Positions 61,103 to 64,000 of a stretch of DNA of 64,000 nucleotides are shown here, piece by piece (positions within the stretch are counted from its first letter, which is position 1; every line of letters begins with the position of its first letter). Under the pieces are notes generated by a model. It ran no database searches and was not told the origin of the DNA. It saw nothing but the letters and a program-made list of their open reading frames with translations. Source of the DNA: Callorhinchus milii (taxonomy: Eukaryota); the NCBI RefSeq assembly GCF_018977255.1, contig NW_024704742.1:53508001-53572000 (forward strand), read 5' to 3'. The position numbers and the translations under genes are program-made.

Positions 61103-61377
61103 CTAGACGTCTCTTCCAGATGTTTCAAACCGCTTCACAGAATATGCTGTAAAGCGAATTAACTGTATTATTTGTGGGCGAAACGCGGCAGCCAATTGCG
61201 CACAACAGTGTCCCACAAGCAGTCGTGGATTGAAAATGACCAATTTATTATTGTTTTGTTTTGGAGGGATTATTATTAGACGTGTGGAGTAAGGAAAGTG
61301 CCCAAGGTTTCGCCCTGCCTGGAATTGAACCCAGGTGTCTCACTTGCAAGGCAAGTGCCCTAACCACTGAGCTACAA
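61103..61377 (-). mobile_element. Young tRNA-headed SINE, short form, tail end lost
   Basis: GGAATTGAACCCAGG, CTAACCACTGAGCTACA; body as in the 37672 copy. Confidence 0.9.
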
Positions 61378-62844
61378 ATATTACAGGCCCTCCCTCAAAA
61401 TTACACTATAGAAAGAAGGCAAGGAAAAATATTGGTTTACAATGGAATATTTGGATGTGAAGCAATAAAAACATGTGTTAGTGCTATAACAGTACTTTAC
61501 ACCATGATTACTTGTATACGCAGAAACCCGAACCTACTTTATATTCTTTCAGCTAAGACAATGTTGTTGTAAATCTGTCCTGCACTGTATTCCCGTGGCT
61601 CATCACTGAACTCAGACCATTTGAGTAGGCAGCAGCAGTCTTCCACTGATTTTGTCTCACCTGAACATGTAATGTGTTTAATGCCAACTCTATTTTGCCC
61701 AGATTACAATTAGCCATCAGAAGATACCCAGGAATCTCTGGATCATTGAGGTCAACCTATGCTTCATCAGTAACTCTGACTCTCTCTTGCACAAACCTGA
61801 CATGCAGTACCTTGTCATTGTTTACATGCTATCCTAGCTTAAAATGTTTGTGCAAGAGCCCAAATCTGGAGCCTATTGTCTGCAGCCTTTCTCTCAATCT
61901 CTGATAAACGTATTGCCATGTTTGAAGAGATGATCCAGGTAATCCTGAGTTCAGTTTAATCTTTAACTGGCATTTGTCCCTTCCCGACCCGCTGAACTGT
62001 TGGCTGCCCCCCGGTGATGTTCTTGTGTTAGCATGGACATGATGCAGAACAGTGGAGTAAGAATAGGCAAACAACTGTATGTGAGATGACTTTAGAATGA
62101 GTGGCTCAAGAGGTAATTTGGATTCATCTAAAAATCTAAACAATAACATATTGTTAACAGATACTCCTCAGGAATAACAAATTTAATAAAGTTTGAATGG
62201 CTCAGTTTAATCCCTCTAATAATAATAATAATCCCTGCATTTGATATAGCGCTTTTCATATCTCTTAGACATCTCAAAGCGTCTCTAATTCCACAACTAC
62301 CATAACATGCTTTTGGGACCATCTTTATGTTGAATTTAAAGCTAACATTGCTCCTGAAATAGATTGTGTTGGACAGCAGTTCATGTGGATCTGTGTGACA
62401 TGCCTATGGTCAGCCGAGGAATCCTTAGTTGTGACTCACTACTCTTATCAGGAAATCTGGTTAGAAATTGTCATGTTTTATTTCAAACATAGCTTTAACT
62501 CTCAGATATGCAGATTTATTGAAAACTATTTCAACCATTAATCAAATGTCTTGAAACATATCCTTTATTGTGAAGATCTTTTGATGTGAATCTTTCCAAA
62601 GTGAAAGACTCTATGTAAAGAGTATTATTATCTGCCATTGGTTAGACTGTTTACCTAATGTGTCCCTTTGAATAACATTGATCACATTAAATCTGTTGTC
62701 ATTATTTAATATATGCTGCAACATTTTGTTTTTAAATAATGTAATAATAATAATTCTTCCATTTGATGTAATACCTTTCACATCAGGAGGATGTCTCAGA
62801 GATCTTCACAAGATATCCTGTAAAGTGTAACTGTAATTAAAAAT

Positions 62845-63274
62845 TCCGCTATCGGCATACTCACCCGCGCTACACTGCGTACCCTTATCACGCCAATTCT
62901 TGCCAGGCTCCACTGGCTCCCTATCACAGAATGGATTGACTTCAAGATCCCTGTACTCATCTACAAATCCCTTCACGAACCCCCCTACCTCTCCAACCTC
63001 CTTCCTTCCCACTCCACTATCCACTGCCTCTGCTCAGCCAGGTCCAGCCTTCTGTTTTTCCGCCACTATGCCCCGAAACATTGGAACTCTCTCCCTCAAT
63101 GCCTCTACCTTGCCCATTCCTTCCCCATTTTAAGATCAAGCCTGAAGATCTTCCTCTTCGACCTTGCCTACAGTCACCTTTTATTTTCCCCCAGCTCAGT
63201 GTCAGTCTCCATCTTTGTTGGCCGCTCCGAGACTCTATCCTGAAGTACGTTATATAAATGCAAGATGTTGTTGT
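62845..63274 (+). mobile_element. L2 LINE 3' fragment
   Basis: [21 protein letters not shown]; tail TATATAAATGCAAGATGTTGTTG. Confidence 0.85.
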
Positions 63275-64000
63275 CATGACTGTGTGTTTTGGGGGCATTA
63301 AGTAGTTGAATTGACTTCGTAACAGAGCTTATCCATTTCAATATAGGTTTAAAATTATTCCAAAAGGCATAATATACATTACACAGGTTTCAAAATGTTT
63401 TCCACACTTATGGCATTCTTTAATGTGTAGGTTACATTAAATACTTTCTATACCATTGCCTGAGTTCCTAATACGGTATGTCTTCATCTTTAAAATTACA
63501 AAGTTAAAAGCGACTTTGCTGCTTTTCCTGTGCTAATAGTACTGTAGTCATGACTCCTCTGGGCATGTGACTAGTAACCAGTTGCAGTCAAGGAACAGCT
63601 CAGACTTTAACAGGGATCAGAAACTGCTGAAACATATCCCAGAGGTGCGCAGCTGAACCTTGCTCTTCTACACTTGTCAGTTTAGAGACTGAATGCGCAC
63701 TTTCGCCACTGCTAATGAGACATCATATGATACAGTCAAGTTCTTGTGGTGCTAGACTCAGAACAAATTCTGCAGATTGTGAATCACACCAGCTAAGCTA
63801 CAAGTTACATTTACAAGAAGTGAATGTCCTACTAAAGTGTTTTTCTATCAGAATATAAAATGCAACCCGTTTTGTTTGTAGGATAGTTATAATAAAAATT
63901 GATGGTAGCTAAACCTAGATTTCATTTAGTTTCGAACATTAATATAAATAATATGCTTCAGCACAGACTTTTTCCTCCGTCATGTGAGTGTTCCACAGCA

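Noticed and set aside
1..64000. CRISPR array, operon or prokaryotic defence system
   Set aside because: No regularly spaced repeats or gene-dense coding DNA; content is vertebrate-type LINE/SINE sequence and most listed ORFs are chance or antisense frames of repeats.

Overview
AT-rich, repeat-dense eukaryotic non-coding DNA (intergenic or deep intronic). I found no host protein-coding exon, genuine tRNA/rRNA gene or CRISPR array. The identifiable content is decayed mobile DNA: (i) many 5'-truncated L2-clade LINE copies ending in (GTT)n, three retaining the RT YADD motif in recognisable ORF2 pieces plus one older YADD copy; (ii) CR1-clade LINE fragments; (iii) an old tRNA-derived DeuSINE-type family and a younger tRNA-headed SINE (long and short forms) sharing the L2 3' tail; (iv) an unclassified ~550-600 bp repeat family; (v) palindromic MITE-like relics. 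This mix suggests a cartilaginous fish such as a chimaera or shark (inference only). Most notable: a 106-bp insert with a 12-bp target-site duplication carrying a minimal type I hammerhead ribozyme fold (Penelope-type, one core mutation) at 44174-44279; a 280-bp ~97% identical inverted duplication of a chimeric L2 junction; two independent L2 insertions sharing the same compensating frameshifts; and a Pbx-Hox/Meis/CTCF motif cluster near 29.7 kb. Boundaries of old repeats are approximate and family names come from recalled consensus motifs, not database searches.
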